Shown: positions 1 to 13,074, numbered from the stretch's first letter. The stretch: DNA of 64,000 bases from Leptolyngbyaceae cyanobacterium (GCA_965263355.1 CBDHHL010000056.1:32001-96000), one strand, 5' to 3'. Numbers and translations: made by a program. Notes: a model not told the origin generated them from the sequence alone.

Positions 1-58
1 CAACAGTTGGCGCTCCCAACTCAATTTATCGCAAGGGCTTTGATGCCTTCGCTGGTTT

Positions 59-757
59 TTATAACTGTTTAGGATCAATGCCTAATTCACGTAGTTTATC
101 AAAGGCGCGATCGCGTTCTTCCTGGGCCTGGTCAAGTTCCTGCTGCACCTGGTCACGCTCTTGCTGGGCCTGATCACGCTCCTCAATAAACTCACCGGGC
201 TCCTTAAAGCGTTCCCCATTGGGATAGAACACAGCCAATCCATCATCAAACAGCTCAAATCGAACCTGCAAGATGGGCGAAACCCAGGGAAAATTTAGCG
301 GCGTAATCGGAGAAAAAAGCTGTCCCTGCTTGCTTCGCACCAATCCCCAAAATTCATAGGACTCTGGATCATAAAAAAACATTTCCAGCACACTGTGGTC
401 TCGGTAAAAACTTTGCTTTTTCAACATTTCTCCAGCAGTATTGCTAGGAGAAAGAATTTCAAAAACAACCTGGGGAGCAATATTATCTTCTTGCCATTGC
501 TTGTAACTCCCCCGATCCCCATCAGGCCGTCCTAAAACAACCATCACGTCCGGGGCCTGAGATGGTGCTGGTGGCTCCTTGACCTCAATGGGATACCACA
601 GTAAATCGCCCGCCACAAACGCCGTTTGGTCTTTTAATAATCGCTTAAGATTAGTCACCAAACGGACAATCCAGCGATACTGAATGGTATTCTCAGCCAT
701 CGGTTTACCGTCTGAATCAGGGTATAACGCCTGTTCTATTGAAAACGCCTGGACCAT
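59..757 (-). CDS. Uma2/DUF820 family putative endonuclease with C-terminal coiled-coil repeats
   Basis: YPDSDGKPMAENT, APDVMVV and PQVVFEILSPSNT motifs; ERDQAQQ heptad repeats at the C-terminus. Confidence 0.9.
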   Translation of the reverse strand: MVQAFSIEQALYPDSDGKPMAENTIQYRWIVRLVTNLKRLLKDQTAFVAGDLLWYPIEVKEPPAPSQAPDVMVVLGRPDGDRGSYKQWQEDNIAPQVVFEILSPSNTAGEMLKKQSFYRDHSVLEMFFYDPESYEFWGLVRSKQGQLFSPITPLNFPWVSPILQVRFELFDDGLAVFYPNGERFKEPGEFIEERDQAQQERDQVQQELDQAQEERDRAFDKLRELGIDPKQL

Positions 758-874
758 GGAAGGTGTCCTTGGGTGTGGTTAGTACTATTATTCTACACCT
801 GGGGCTTTGAGGTGGTGTGGTTTGTTTAATGGTAACTGGGCCGTGCTACGGTCACTGACGGTATCGCGATGAAT

Positions 875-2287
875 CTAGAACGAGCCCCCCTGAGAATTGC
901 TCAGAATTCCGAGGGTCCTCTCACTCAATTTTTTCAATGCCACACTTATTAGACACACCCCTAGAAAATAAATAAGAAACATAAGAACTATTGGACCCCG
1001 AAACAGTAAAAAATCAAAATGAATTAGGAATGTGTTATGGACCAAATAAAGTTCAAAGGAAATCCACCCAAGAAAATGAAGGAACCAGCAAGCACGTTGG
1101 TATTTCAGCAGTAAAACTATTATTAAAGTAAGCGTAGACGCGATTAAAACATTGGCTATACTACGAGTAGGAGCCCAGTACATAAGAGACAAAACTTCCT
1201 CAAACTCCCACGTCTGGAAAACACGACTGAGATAGTTAAAGTATATAGTGAGAAAAACAATAAGACAGCAAATCAACTCCCAAGGAACTGGTTGCTGATT
1301 TGCTTTAATCCTGTATTGATACAGTAGATATATACTTGAAAATACTACAAGTATCCCAGCTATCATAAGAATTGTTTGATAGGCATGGAACCTTAGTGTT
1401 TCCGCCAACCAGAATGACACCCCAGTCAATAATATTAAACCAGCAAGGGAAATTACGATTTTTCTGAAAGGAAATTGAATAAACTCATCCAGCTTTTTGA
1501 TAACCATTGAGTGGTTAAAACCCAACCAACAACCAAAGGGAAAGCTAAAGGCATTAGCTTTAGCCACATAAGGCATATCAGGAATAGTAATAATAGCGAA
1601 AGAGAATATAAGTAGTAAACGCAGTTTATGGGAGTCGCAAAGATTTAGCCTAGCACTGATGTATAGCAAGCAATACCAAAACAGAACAAAGACGATAAAC
1701 CACATTTTTCCGTCGAGGCTTTCCATTGCAAATAAGATTCTGGGTATCTCTGTAAGAAAGCCATTCTGCATTTCGGGTACGAGAATCACATAGAGTGCTA
1801 ATAGCAAAAGCAGGGCGTATATCAATGGAATAAAGATACGAGATAACCTCTTTTTAAAGAAATCTTGGACTCCCTTCTTCTGAATAGAGATGCATGTGCC
1901 ATAACCAGAAAAAATAAAGAAAATAGTCACTCCAACCATGCCAACTTCTGACCAAATTGAGTAAAGCGAAGGCAGTGGTTCAGTGTAGTAGCACAAATGA
2001 TTGAAAAGAATCAATAAAATTGCTAACCCTTTAGCTTGAGTCGTTTGCGTAACGGACAGGGGAGAATCTCTATTTTTTTTCCTTATTGTTAGGAGACATA
2101 GGATAAAAAATATTGCAGCCAAAAAAATATCAAATTGAGGATTCTCAACGGGAAGTTTAGTTTGGTAATGATTGATAAACGTAGGGGATATAGTCATTAG
2201 TGGCCCATAACCGGGGAGCAATATTCCTAACGGTAGGGCCAACCCAAATATTTTGAGGATTGACGTCCACTGCAATAATAAGGGCAT
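875..2287 (-). CDS. Acyltransferase family 3 (OafA-like) integral membrane O-acyltransferase
   Basis: KGLAILLILFNH, GVTIFFIFSGYG, KRLSRI, WFI and LGWISFELYLVH motifs; many TM segments; AT-rich. Confidence 0.8.
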   Translation of the reverse strand: MPLLLQWTSILKIFGLALPLGILLPGYGPLMTISPTFINHYQTKLPVENPQFDIFLAAIFFILCLLTIRKKNRDSPLSVTQTTQAKGLAILLILFNHLCYYTEPLPSLYSIWSEVGMVGVTIFFIFSGYGTCISIQKKGVQDFFKKRLSRIFIPLIYALLLLLALYVILVPEMQNGFLTEIPRILFAMESLDGKMWFIVFVLFWYCLLYISARLNLCDSHKLRLLLIFSFAIITIPDMPYVAKANAFSFPFGCWLGFNHSMVIKKLDEFIQFPFRKIVISLAGLILLTGVSFWLAETLRFHAYQTILMIAGILVVFSSIYLLYQYRIKANQQPVPWELICCLIVFLTIYFNYLSRVFQTWEFEEVLSLMYWAPTRSIANVLIASTLTLIIVLLLKYQRACWFLHFLGWISFELYLVHNTFLIHFDFLLFRGPIVLMFLIYFLGVCLISVALKKLSERTLGILSNSQGGSF

Positions 2288-2379
2288 AGGCTGGATCCTG
2301 ATTGTCTAATGGGACAAAGCGTCTTGTCATTCACCAATGACGAGATTTAACCAGCTAGTATCCCCATTAGACATCGCAT

Positions 2380-3510
2380 TTATGCCACCATAGGGACATC
2401 CATCGCTAAAACCTCTGCATAAAACTTCTGCAATTGCTGAGTTGCCCCACGCCAACCCCAACGTTCTGCTTCAATGCGCGCATTGCGGCGCAGTAGCTCA
2501 ATCTCTGTCCGGGTCGCTAACAACCGCTTGGTTGCCTTAATGGCACCTTCGTCATCCTTAGGGTCAAACAAAAAGCCGTTAGTGCCATCTGTAACAATAT
2601 CCGGAATGCCGCCTGCATTTGCCGCCACCGTCGGACAGCCTGCGGCCATGGCCTCTAGCAATACCAAGCCCAAGGTTTCAGTACGAGATGGAAAAACAAA
2701 TGCATCCCCAGAAGCATAGGCAGATGCAAGCTCCTCACCCCCGAGATAACCAACAAAGTTAGTGTTAGTCCCGGCAAAATGTTCCTCCAATTCTTCACGG
2801 TAGGGACCATCCCCCACCAAGGCCAGACGTGCATCGGGAATGGCTTCTAAAATCGGCTTAATCCGATCGACTTCTTTTTCTGCCGACAGACGCCCTACGT
2901 ATATCAGTAATGGTGCATCTGGATGGCCCTGGCTCAAACGCTCACGCATTTCCCGACTGGCCAAGCTAGGACGGAATAAGTCCGTATCTACACCCCGCTG
3001 CCAGACCTTAACATTTTCAATACCGTGCTCCGTCAGCTCTTGCTGCATAGCCGTAGACGTACACAAGTTAAGACGAGCATTATTATGAACCGCCTTCAGC
3101 AGCTCCCAAAGCATGCCTTCAAACATGCCAAAGCCGTAGTGCTCCAGATACTTCGGTAAGTGGGTATGATACGACGCCACGAGCGGTATCTCCAGGGCTT
3201 TAGCGTAATAAACCCCAGCCAGTCCCAAAACCGCCGGATTCACAACATGGATCAAATCAGGCTTAAACGCTTCTATCCCTTCACCAATTGAAGGCCGAGG
3301 TAGGGCCAACTTTAGCTCAGGGTATAGGGGCATAGGAAAACCGGAAATACCCTCGATTTTTGCGCCTTTATATTCCGTTAAACCGCCTTCTGGACAGAAT
3401 ACGCATACATCATCGCCTAAGGCCTGTAGCTGTTCGACGGTATGCTTGAGGCGAGTTACGATGCCGTCAACTTTAGGCAAAAATGTTTCAGTAAACAGGG
3501 CTATGCGCAT
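2380..3510 (-). CDS. sqdX: Sulfoquinovosyldiacylglycerol synthase (GT4)
   Basis: MRIALFTETFLPKVDGIVTRL start, PSRTETLGLVLLEAMAAG; directly downstream of sqdB. Confidence 0.93.
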   Translation of the reverse strand: MRIALFTETFLPKVDGIVTRLKHTVEQLQALGDDVCVFCPEGGLTEYKGAKIEGISGFPMPLYPELKLALPRPSIGEGIEAFKPDLIHVVNPAVLGLAGVYYAKALEIPLVASYHTHLPKYLEHYGFGMFEGMLWELLKAVHNNARLNLCTSTAMQQELTEHGIENVKVWQRGVDTDLFRPSLASREMRERLSQGHPDAPLLIYVGRLSAEKEVDRIKPILEAIPDARLALVGDGPYREELEEHFAGTNTNFVGYLGGEELASAYASGDAFVFPSRTETLGLVLLEAMAAGCPTVAANAGGIPDIVTDGTNGFLFDPKDDEGAIKATKRLLATRTEIELLRRNARIEAERWGWRGATQQLQKFYAEVLAMDVPMVA

Positions 3511-3759
3511 ATGTCTAGCAATAGTTAAAGCGAGGGTATCAAAAAAGACTGAACTGTTGATTATTCAACCGCGAAATTGTCCAGGACTCAAGGTTTCACA
3601 AAAATGCTTTTTTGGCAATATCCCAAATAACAGGAAAAATTGGCAGGCTTAAAAAGTAAAAAATGGAAATTATTGTATGGTAGAGCGGTTTTAGGTTGAG
3701 ATGAATACGGTTTGGTTTCGTAGGCGAGTTTAGAAAATCTGGCTTAAGCGGGACATCAG

Positions 3760-3815
3760 GAGCAAGCAGTCAGAAATCAGTGAGCTGACTCCTGACTCCT
3801 AACTCCTGAACCCTA
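3760..3815. repeat. Short tandem heptamer repeats (STRR-like) forming an inverted arrangement after sqdB
   Basis: ctgactc-ctgactc-ctaactc-ctgaacc opposite caggagc/cagtcag. Confidence 0.5.
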
Positions 3816-3816
3816 T

Positions 3817-5016
3817 CTAGCCAGCCGGAATTGGTTTCGGTGCAGGAGCCGCCTTTTTAGTCCACTTCGAAGTACAGATAATCTTCGACGTATCACAGCG
3901 GCCTACGTACTTTTTGGCAATCTCGGTGACTTCCAGCATCAGACCCTTATCTAACTGAGTGGGCTGGAGACCCATATCCAGGAAGCACTGGTTGTCCACA
4001 ACCAGCTCGTTCTCAGCCGCTTCATTACGGGGGTTTTCCATATACTGGATTTCAGCTTCCGCAATATCAGCCACAATCCTGGCTAGATCACGTACTCGGT
4101 GGGTTTCGGTCATCTGGTTTAAGATTTTTACCCGATCTCCCTTCTCAGGCGGATTGTTGATAGCTAGCTCAACGCACCGTACCGTATCTTGAATATGGAT
4201 AAAGGCTCGGGTTTGACCACCGGTACCGTGTACTGTCAACGGATGACCAATGGCTGCTTGCATTAAGAATCGATTTAACACAGTGCCGTAGTCGCCATCG
4301 TAATCAAAGCGATTAATCAACCGCTCATCCATGGCAGTCTCACGGGTATTAGTCCCCCAGACAATGCCTTGGTGTAGGTCAGTCACTCGGACCTTGTCGT
4401 TCTTGTTGTAGTACGCAAAGAATAGCTGGTCCTGGGTTTTGGTCATATGGTAGATACTGCCAGGGTTAGCCGGGTGCAGGATCTGTTTTTCAATTACCTT
4501 GCCAGTATCGGTGACTACCTGGATATCTAAGTATCCCTCAGGAATCTTCATGCCAGCCGTGCCATAGCCGTAAACACCCATGGTACCGAGGTGAACCACA
4601 TGGATATCTAGATCAGATTCAACGATGGCACAAAGCACATTATTAGTACCGTTAAGGTTGTTATCAACGGTGTAGCGCTTGTGCTTAGCCGATTTCATGG
4701 AGTAGGGGGCAGCCCGTTGCTCAGCGAAATGCACGATGACATCAGGGGCATAGTCGCAAATCAAATGGAAGAGTTTGTCATACTCCTGTGCGATATCGAG
4801 ATTATGGAAATCAATGGTCTTACCTGTAATTGCTTTCCAGGTCGACAGCCGTGTAGACATGGAGCTAATAGGAGTTAAAGACCCGATTTCTAGCTCATTG
4901 TCGATATTGCGTCGCGATAGGTTATCAACAATGGCAACCTCATGACCTGCGTTGGATAGATGCAGTGCGGTGGGCCAGCCGCAAAAGCCATCTCCACCTA
5001 ATACGATTACTTTCAT
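3817..5016 (-). CDS. sqdB: UDP-sulfoquinovose synthase
   Basis: GGDGFCGWPTALHLS, HFAEQRAAPYSM, HLGTMGVYGY, YHMTK, RFDYDGDYGTVLNRF. Confidence 0.96.
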   Translation of the reverse strand: MKVIVLGGDGFCGWPTALHLSNAGHEVAIVDNLSRRNIDNELEIGSLTPISSMSTRLSTWKAITGKTIDFHNLDIAQEYDKLFHLICDYAPDVIVHFAEQRAAPYSMKSAKHKRYTVDNNLNGTNNVLCAIVESDLDIHVVHLGTMGVYGYGTAGMKIPEGYLDIQVVTDTGKVIEKQILHPANPGSIYHMTKTQDQLFFAYYNKNDKVRVTDLHQGIVWGTNTRETAMDERLINRFDYDGDYGTVLNRFLMQAAIGHPLTVHGTGGQTRAFIHIQDTVRCVELAINNPPEKGDRVKILNQMTETHRVRDLARIVADIAEAEIQYMENPRNEAAENELVVDNQCFLDMGLQPTQLDKGLMLEVTEIAKKYVGRCDTSKIICTSKWTKKAAPAPKPIPAG

Positions 5017-5305
5017 CCTGTTAGCGCTTAAGCCTCCTTCATGATTAGCAAGAATTATACAGAAAATAGGTATAAATCGTTATCATCTGCGGTCATCTGA
5101 CTTGGGCTGGCACATTAGCTGTACTGATGGCTGCAAGGGTAAAAAAAACGAGAAAATCTGACGGCGCAATCGTTCCAGCAGCTCGTTTTGCTGAGTTGAT
5201 AATATCGCCTTGATGTGTTTTCTATTCTTTTGTCGAGGAAAAAAGTTTTGACTTACGGTCAGATAGTTGGGCGCGTAGCGGGAGACTATTAACGGGGTTG
5301 ATGGC

Positions 5306-6517
5306 TCAATTTGATAAACCGTTTAGCTTGAATAGCCAAATCTGAGTTTCCTGTCGAGTATCGAAGTTATTGTCGCTGACCATAATCAGGCTCTGGCCGT
5401 CATCCCACAGTTTAGGTCCCAGGGTCATGGCTTCGAGGTTGTCTGGTTTGAGGGATGTCAGGTCAGCGACAAGCTGTTTGCGAATAGGGGTAATGCCGCT
5501 GGTGTCGCCTTGCAGTGTGGTGATGCTACTGATATCGGTCGCGACTCCAGTGGCTAGCTGGTAAAGCTTAATTGATGTGCCCTGCAGGCCAAATGCCCGC
5601 TCGATGGCTAAAAAGTGACCGCCCACATCAATGGACAAAATTTCTGAAAGGCCATTAAGGACAGCGCCTAAGGGGGCTGTATCCATGGGGTACAAATGTT
5701 CTGAAAGTAGTATGGATTGTGCTGTGTCAGAAAAGTTAGGGTCAATTAGATAATGCAACCACCGGTTTTTGAAGGGAATTTCGGGGTCTATGTCTAGATC
5801 CTGGTACAGCGGTCCTTCGGTGGCGGCAAATAGCCGAAAGGGTTCGTAGGGACCGCCGGGGGCACTAATCGTGAGGGCTTCAAAGCCAATATTTTCTTGA
5901 ATGCCCTGGGTTTGGGTATCGGAAATTTTGCCATCTTTGGTGGCTAATAGGTACCGATCGGGCACACGAAAGCTGGTTTTTAGGTTTCCGGTTTCCAGGT
6001 CAAATTCTTGTAGTTTTGGAGGAATTTTTTGTCGGGGAGAACCCTCACTGGAAATAATCAAGCTGCGGCTTGGTGTGAGTACCATGCCTTCGGCATCAAG
6101 GGGGGCAATGGAGTTGCTAGTCTCGTCCTTTAGGGGGGTGACGGCTGCAACGGTGGCCTGGGTAATAGCAGTGGGGCTAAGGTCCAGATTTAAGGTGTAA
6201 AACCTGGGTTGCTGGCGGTCGTCGGATAGGGCATAGAAACGGTTGCGATCGCGATCATAGGTAATGGCTGACAACCCGCCTACCAAGGTCCCTGCAAATT
6301 CATCCATGGGCAGGACTATTTGAGCTATGGGCTCCACAGATAAATCTAAAAATAAACGTTCCTCAGCATTGACTTGAGGAACCGTGCAACTACTGATGCA
6401 GAGGCTAATCACACCAATCAAAAGAAATCTGCTTAGCCAACATCTAAGGTTTCTGAAATCTATATGGAGATTAGTTAACATGGCGGGTATTGTCATTAGA
6501 CCCCCATAGCCTATCAA
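5306..6517 (-). CDS. Esterase-like activity of phytase family lipoprotein (true start probably downstream)
   Basis: GGLSAITYD, ALSDDR, DAEG, GFEAL, DNLEAM, SDNNF; lipobox-like ISSC. Confidence 0.82.
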   Translation of the reverse strand: MIGYGGLMTIPAMLTNLHIDFRNLRCWLSRFLLIGVISLCISSCTVPQVNAEERLFLDLSVEPIAQIVLPMDEFAGTLVGGLSAITYDRDRNRFYALSDDRQQPRFYTLNLDLSPTAITQATVAAVTPLKDETSNSIAPLDAEGMVLTPSRSLIISSEGSPRQKIPPKLQEFDLETGNLKTSFRVPDRYLLATKDGKISDTQTQGIQENIGFEALTISAPGGPYEPFRLFAATEGPLYQDLDIDPEIPFKNRWLHYLIDPNFSDTAQSILLSEHLYPMDTAPLGAVLNGLSEILSIDVGGHFLAIERAFGLQGTSIKLYQLATGVATDISSITTLQGDTSGITPIRKQLVADLTSLKPDNLEAMTLGPKLWDDGQSLIMVSDNNFDTRQETQIWLFKLNGLSN

Positions 6518-6771
6518 AGTTTTATAAAACAGATACTCTAGAGTTCTGACAGGAGCACGTCAGGAACTGAAGATATCCACAACAGTCGCATCAAACCTAT
6601 AAGAGACTTATATGCCAGTTGTTCCTCTGCATGGATCTGCAGGCTTAATCTATATTTTCTCGATACTCAGCCAATATTTTTGGCGTTTCACTGACTCTGC
6701 CAAGCCTACGAAGATGTTAATAGGGCAACAGGTGTTGGGTTGGCCGTAATTTGGCCATAGCCTATTTCTTC

Positions 6772-8211
6772 CTAAGCAAGAATATCAATAATTGCACCTG
6801 AACGAGCCTGTATTGATAGTGTCTGAGGATCAACGTGAAGAATACCGTTATCCCAAAGAACCTTAGCGGTATTGTTTAATAAAGGTAGGTTAAGGGTTAT
6901 ATCGGTCTCTCCCGTATTAACAGCGACAAGAATTGTTTCTCTATTATTTTTGCGAACAAAACAATAGCCATCCCCATGGGCCATAACCGTTTCATAGATG
7001 CCAGTACGAAGAGCCGCATGACGATGGCGCAAAGCGATAAGTTCTTTGTGTAATGTTAGTAGCTCCTGATTCCACTGTTCAGGGGCTGGAAAGCTGCGAC
7101 GACAATCTGGATCGTCGGCACCTGCAAGACCTACCTCATCACCATAGTAGATGCTGGGTGCCCCAGGAAATGTCATCTGCAACAATACAGCTAGTTCAAG
7201 GCTAGAGTGATCATCACTAATCACAGTTAATGCCCGAGCAATATCATGGCTGGATAACAAATTTAACTGGGTCAGCTGAATCTCCCAAGGATACAATGCC
7301 AACAACTCTTCTATCTTTTGGGCATATCCCTGGGCATCGAGAGCTGGATATGGGAAGTAAGACGGTCGTTCTACCAAAGACATAACTACCCGATCTTTAG
7401 CCGTAAACGCCAACACTGGCCCGGTAAACAAATAGTTCATCACCCCATCAAACTGGCTGCCATCCAGCCACTGACGCGCATCAGTCCAAATCTCACCTAC
7501 AATGTAGGCCTCTGGATTGATCGCCTTGACCCGCTGACGAAACTCCTGCCAAAATCCTTCAGCCTGAATATCAAAGGGGACATCCAATCGCCAACCATCA
7601 ATCCCCTGATGTAGCCAGTGCTCGGCAATTTGCATAATATATTCTCGCACCTGCGGATTGTCGTGATTAAACTCCGGCAGTGCTCGGTTGTTGCACCAAC
7701 TCTCATAGTTAGCGGATTTAGTGCCATCATAGGCAGACAGGGGCCAGCCCTCAACCTTGAACCAGTCTAACCAGGGAGATGTAGGCCCGTTTTCAAGAAT
7801 ATCGTTAAAGAAAAAGAATCCCCGACTAGCATGGTTAAATACCCCATCGAGAACAACTTTAATGTCACGCTGATGAGCGGCTTTTAGGAAGTCATCAAAA
7901 GCGGCGTTGCCCCCCAGTAATGGATCAACCTGGTAGTAATCGTGGGTATGGTAGCGATGATTGCTACCAGATTGAAAGATGGGGGTAAAGTAAATGGCAT
8001 TAATGCCCAAATCCTTTAGATAGTCCAGGTTTTCTGCCACACCCCACAGGTCACCCCCCTTATAACCATTGCCGGTGGGTGGGGTATCCCAGGATTCTAA
8101 CGGCACTTGCATGGTGGGGGGTAGCGGTTGCTGCTGAGTGCGGGCAAAACGGTCTGGAAAAATTTGGTAGAAAACGGCGTGCTTAACCCAATCAGGAGTT
8201 TGGACTTGCAT
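6772..8211 (-). CDS. GH13 neopullulanase/cyclomaltodextrinase
   Basis: TPDWVKHAVFYQIFPDRF, LDGVFNH, DGWRLDV, GEIW, SHD, IYYGDE; start set at MQVQTP. Confidence 0.92.
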   Translation of the reverse strand: MQVQTPDWVKHAVFYQIFPDRFARTQQQPLPPTMQVPLESWDTPPTGNGYKGGDLWGVAENLDYLKDLGINAIYFTPIFQSGSNHRYHTHDYYQVDPLLGGNAAFDDFLKAAHQRDIKVVLDGVFNHASRGFFFFNDILENGPTSPWLDWFKVEGWPLSAYDGTKSANYESWCNNRALPEFNHDNPQVREYIMQIAEHWLHQGIDGWRLDVPFDIQAEGFWQEFRQRVKAINPEAYIVGEIWTDARQWLDGSQFDGVMNYLFTGPVLAFTAKDRVVMSLVERPSYFPYPALDAQGYAQKIEELLALYPWEIQLTQLNLLSSHDIARALTVISDDHSSLELAVLLQMTFPGAPSIYYGDEVGLAGADDPDCRRSFPAPEQWNQELLTLHKELIALRHRHAALRTGIYETVMAHGDGYCFVRKNNRETILVAVNTGETDITLNLPLLNNTAKVLWDNGILHVDPQTLSIQARSGAIIDILA

Positions 8212-8660
8212 GAAACCTATGGCAAACTGCATCGCCCAGAATAGCGGGTTGTGACTCTAATTCCTGTAGACATTAGGATACTTAAAGATATGGCCTAAAG
8301 TCGCGTATCGTTCGGTAGGCTTAGAAGTCTTGTGGAGTAGGTTCTCTACAAAACTAACCCTCGTTTAAAAGACAACTATCCAATAGATCCATAAATAAGT
8401 CGCTAGCCAGAACAGTGGATCAGCTAGTATTTCAAATAAATCTAAAACGAAAAGAACTCCCCGAAATAGTTGACAGGTTGATTTATTCATCATGGTCTCC
8501 GCTTTTAAATAAGACGGTGAGTGGTGAGCTTATCCTGAGTATTCGACTGAGCCCAGGCCAACGTCTTTTGGAAGGGGGTGAGTATTGGGACAACCTACTA
8601 GCAATCGACAGAGATTTCCATCGATTGCTAGAGAAATTCTCGCAGACCTGTTAGCCGAGA

Positions 8661-10883
<2,223 letters not shown>

Positions 10884-10931
10884 CTAGCTAATGCAAGGTT
10901 GAGCAGACAACTTTGCTTGACTTGCTCTTAT

Positions 10932-10948
10932 ATTAGAATAATTCTAAT
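10932..10948. promoter_or_regulatory. PerR/Fur-type palindromic operator upstream of katG
   Basis: Perfect 8-1-8 palindrome ATTAGAAT-A-ATTCTAAT about 85 bp upstream of the katG start. Confidence 0.7.
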
Positions 10949-11271
10949 TTAGGGTTTAGTCAGTTATGATAACTATTGTTAAGAGCTGAAGTTGTCATGA
11001 CCTAAACGGAGCGCTTACAGGAAAATCTGGTTGTCTGCTCCTGACATTGCAGGGCACCCTCAAGGGGATTTTGCCCCTACGGGATTGTCCTTTTTTAACT
11101 GGGTTTACTAATTTTGGAGGGTTAGGGGCAGATTCGAACGGATTAAACCGCCTGTTTACGTCTTTAACAGATTAAGCTGACCTACTTAATACTTCCAAAG
11201 TGTTGTTGAATTGAATCTATTGAAATCGCGGATACTCTTCGGTGAACCACTGTCTTACTCAGGTAGAGAAT

Positions 11272-11832
11272 TCAGGCAGAGAGCATTGTCCGCCACATGT
11301 GCATCAGCATGGCGGTCTGTTCAGGCTTCTTGGCCTCCGGGTTAATATAGTTCAACATTGTCTCCGCATTAGAAACCACGGGCATGGTTTCAAAGCCCTC
11401 TCTTTCGACAAACATTTTTTTAATTACCCCGTCTTGAACCAGCATAGAATAGCGCCAAGAGCGTTGTCCCATACCTTTATCAAATAGGTTTACCATCATC
11501 CCCATCTGGCGGGTAAAGTCACCGTTTACATCGGGGATAAACCGCACCTGATCGGCACCTTCTTCTTGAGCCCACGCTGCTAGCGAGAACGGATCATTTA
11601 CCGAAATGCAAAGAATGTCATCCACACCGTTGGCTCGAAATACGCTGGCGTATTTGTTGTAGCCTAATAGTTGAATAGGAGAATACGGACAGGTAAAGGC
11701 TCCTGTTACTGCAAATGCCACCACAGTTTTGTGCTCAAAGAGATCCGCTGTTGAAAGATCGTACCAACTCGCCTTTGTAACTATCCGAAAGGTTGCTGGA
11801 GGAACCCGCTGGCCTTCACGGTTGAACAACAT
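11272..11832 (-). CDS. Type II (Prx5-like) peroxiredoxin homologue with altered active-site motif
   Basis: GAFT, CISVNDPF, IPDVNGDFT, RSWRYSMLV; canonical PGAFTPTC appears as TGAFTCPY. Confidence 0.85.
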   Translation of the reverse strand: MLFNREGQRVPPATFRIVTKASWYDLSTADLFEHKTVVAFAVTGAFTCPYSPIQLLGYNKYASVFRANGVDDILCISVNDPFSLAAWAQEEGADQVRFIPDVNGDFTRQMGMMVNLFDKGMGQRSWRYSMLVQDGVIKKMFVEREGFETMPVVSNAETMLNYINPEAKKPEQTAMLMHMWRTMLSA

Positions 11833-12223
11833 TTTCTCAGCTCCTTACTTGTGTTCAATACCTACTCGTATTGAGTGTCAACGCCTAATTAAGAGCTTGA
11901 TGGGTAGCGATACTTCCTTAAGGTTCAAAGGTATTTGCCCTACTACGTTTCAAAGAGATCGTGGCAGGTCACTATAGAACCCAAGCCTATGCATTGAGTT
12001 ATATTGATTACGAGTTTGTATACTGCAAGGCTAATCAATCAAATAGATTTTTGCATTTCAAAAATGAGATTGTTTTGCAACACTTAACATCTCGATAAAA
12101 TACGAAATATTCGGCCCTAGGATTTTCGAGGGTATAAAAGATTTTCAATAACTATAACCTGCACAATCCAAATACTATGGTCATGAGCCATGTATTCGAC
12201 TGTGACTCACACCCGCTAACACC

Positions 12224-12868
12224 TTAAGCAACAACTCCAACCTCGCTGTTAAACTCAGACGTCAAAATTGCCATGCCAGTCTTCACTGCCGGACGGGTTT
12301 CCATCGTCTCAACCCAATGCTGCACATGAGAAAACTCAGTCAAGGATACATCCAAATAAGACGTTGTTGCTGCAGCAACCCAGGGGTAAGTCGCAATATC
12401 AGCAATTGAATAATCCCCAGCAATATACTCATGATCCACCAGCTGGCCATCTAGAACACCAAGTAGGCGAAGGGTCTCCTTTTGATATCGCTCAATCGCA
12501 TAGGGTAGTTTTTCAGGCGCAAAATTTTTGAAATGACCAAATTGACCAAACATGGGACCCACACTGGCCATTTGGAACATCAGCCATTCCATCACGCCCG
12601 CCCGTGCTGCTGGTTCCGTCGGTAACAGTTTGCCAGTTTTCTCAGCCAGATAGATTAAAATCGCACCGGACTCGAACACTTTAATATCGGCCTCACGGTC
12701 GATGATGGCTGGAATCTTACTATTAGGATTAATAGCCACATATTCAGGGGAGAACTGGTCCCCCTTACCAATGTGAATTTCGTGAATTGTGTAAGGTAAA
12801 CCCAGCTCTTCGAGAATGATGGCGGGTTTGCGACCATTGGGGGTAGTGAATGTGTAAAAGTCAATCAT
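12224..12868 (-). CDS. Glutathione S-transferase, YfcG/YghU-like
   Basis: TPNG motif, INPNSKIPAI, FESGAILIYLAEK, SIADIA. Confidence 0.9.
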   Translation of the reverse strand: MIDFYTFTTPNGRKPAIILEELGLPYTIHEIHIGKGDQFSPEYVAINPNSKIPAIIDREADIKVFESGAILIYLAEKTGKLLPTEPAARAGVMEWLMFQMASVGPMFGQFGHFKNFAPEKLPYAIERYQKETLRLLGVLDGQLVDHEYIAGDYSIADIATYPWVAAATTSYLDVSLTEFSHVQHWVETMETRPAVKTGMAILTSEFNSEVGVVA

Positions 12869-13074
12869 GAGCAAACTCCACGTTGTTTTCTTTGTTTGAA
12901 GCTTTAACCAGCATCAAATTATAAGGAAAAATAGTTTTCAGCAAGTGGCAGGTCGGGGCACAGGAGCCCGTGCCCCAAGCGATCGGTTACATTTCAGGGA
13001 CAACCAGGTCACCTTTGGCCCAGGCGGCATCAGCATTTGCTTTCATGGTGATTTCGTCGAATCTATGTAGTATG

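Noticed and set aside
105..190. 21-bp tandem repeats as an array
   Set aside because: They encode the ordinary coiled-coil tail of Uma2 proteins
8415..8654. 79-aa ORF between the GH13 gene and katG
   Set aside because: No recognisable motif or RBS; may be a gene fragment but cannot be supported
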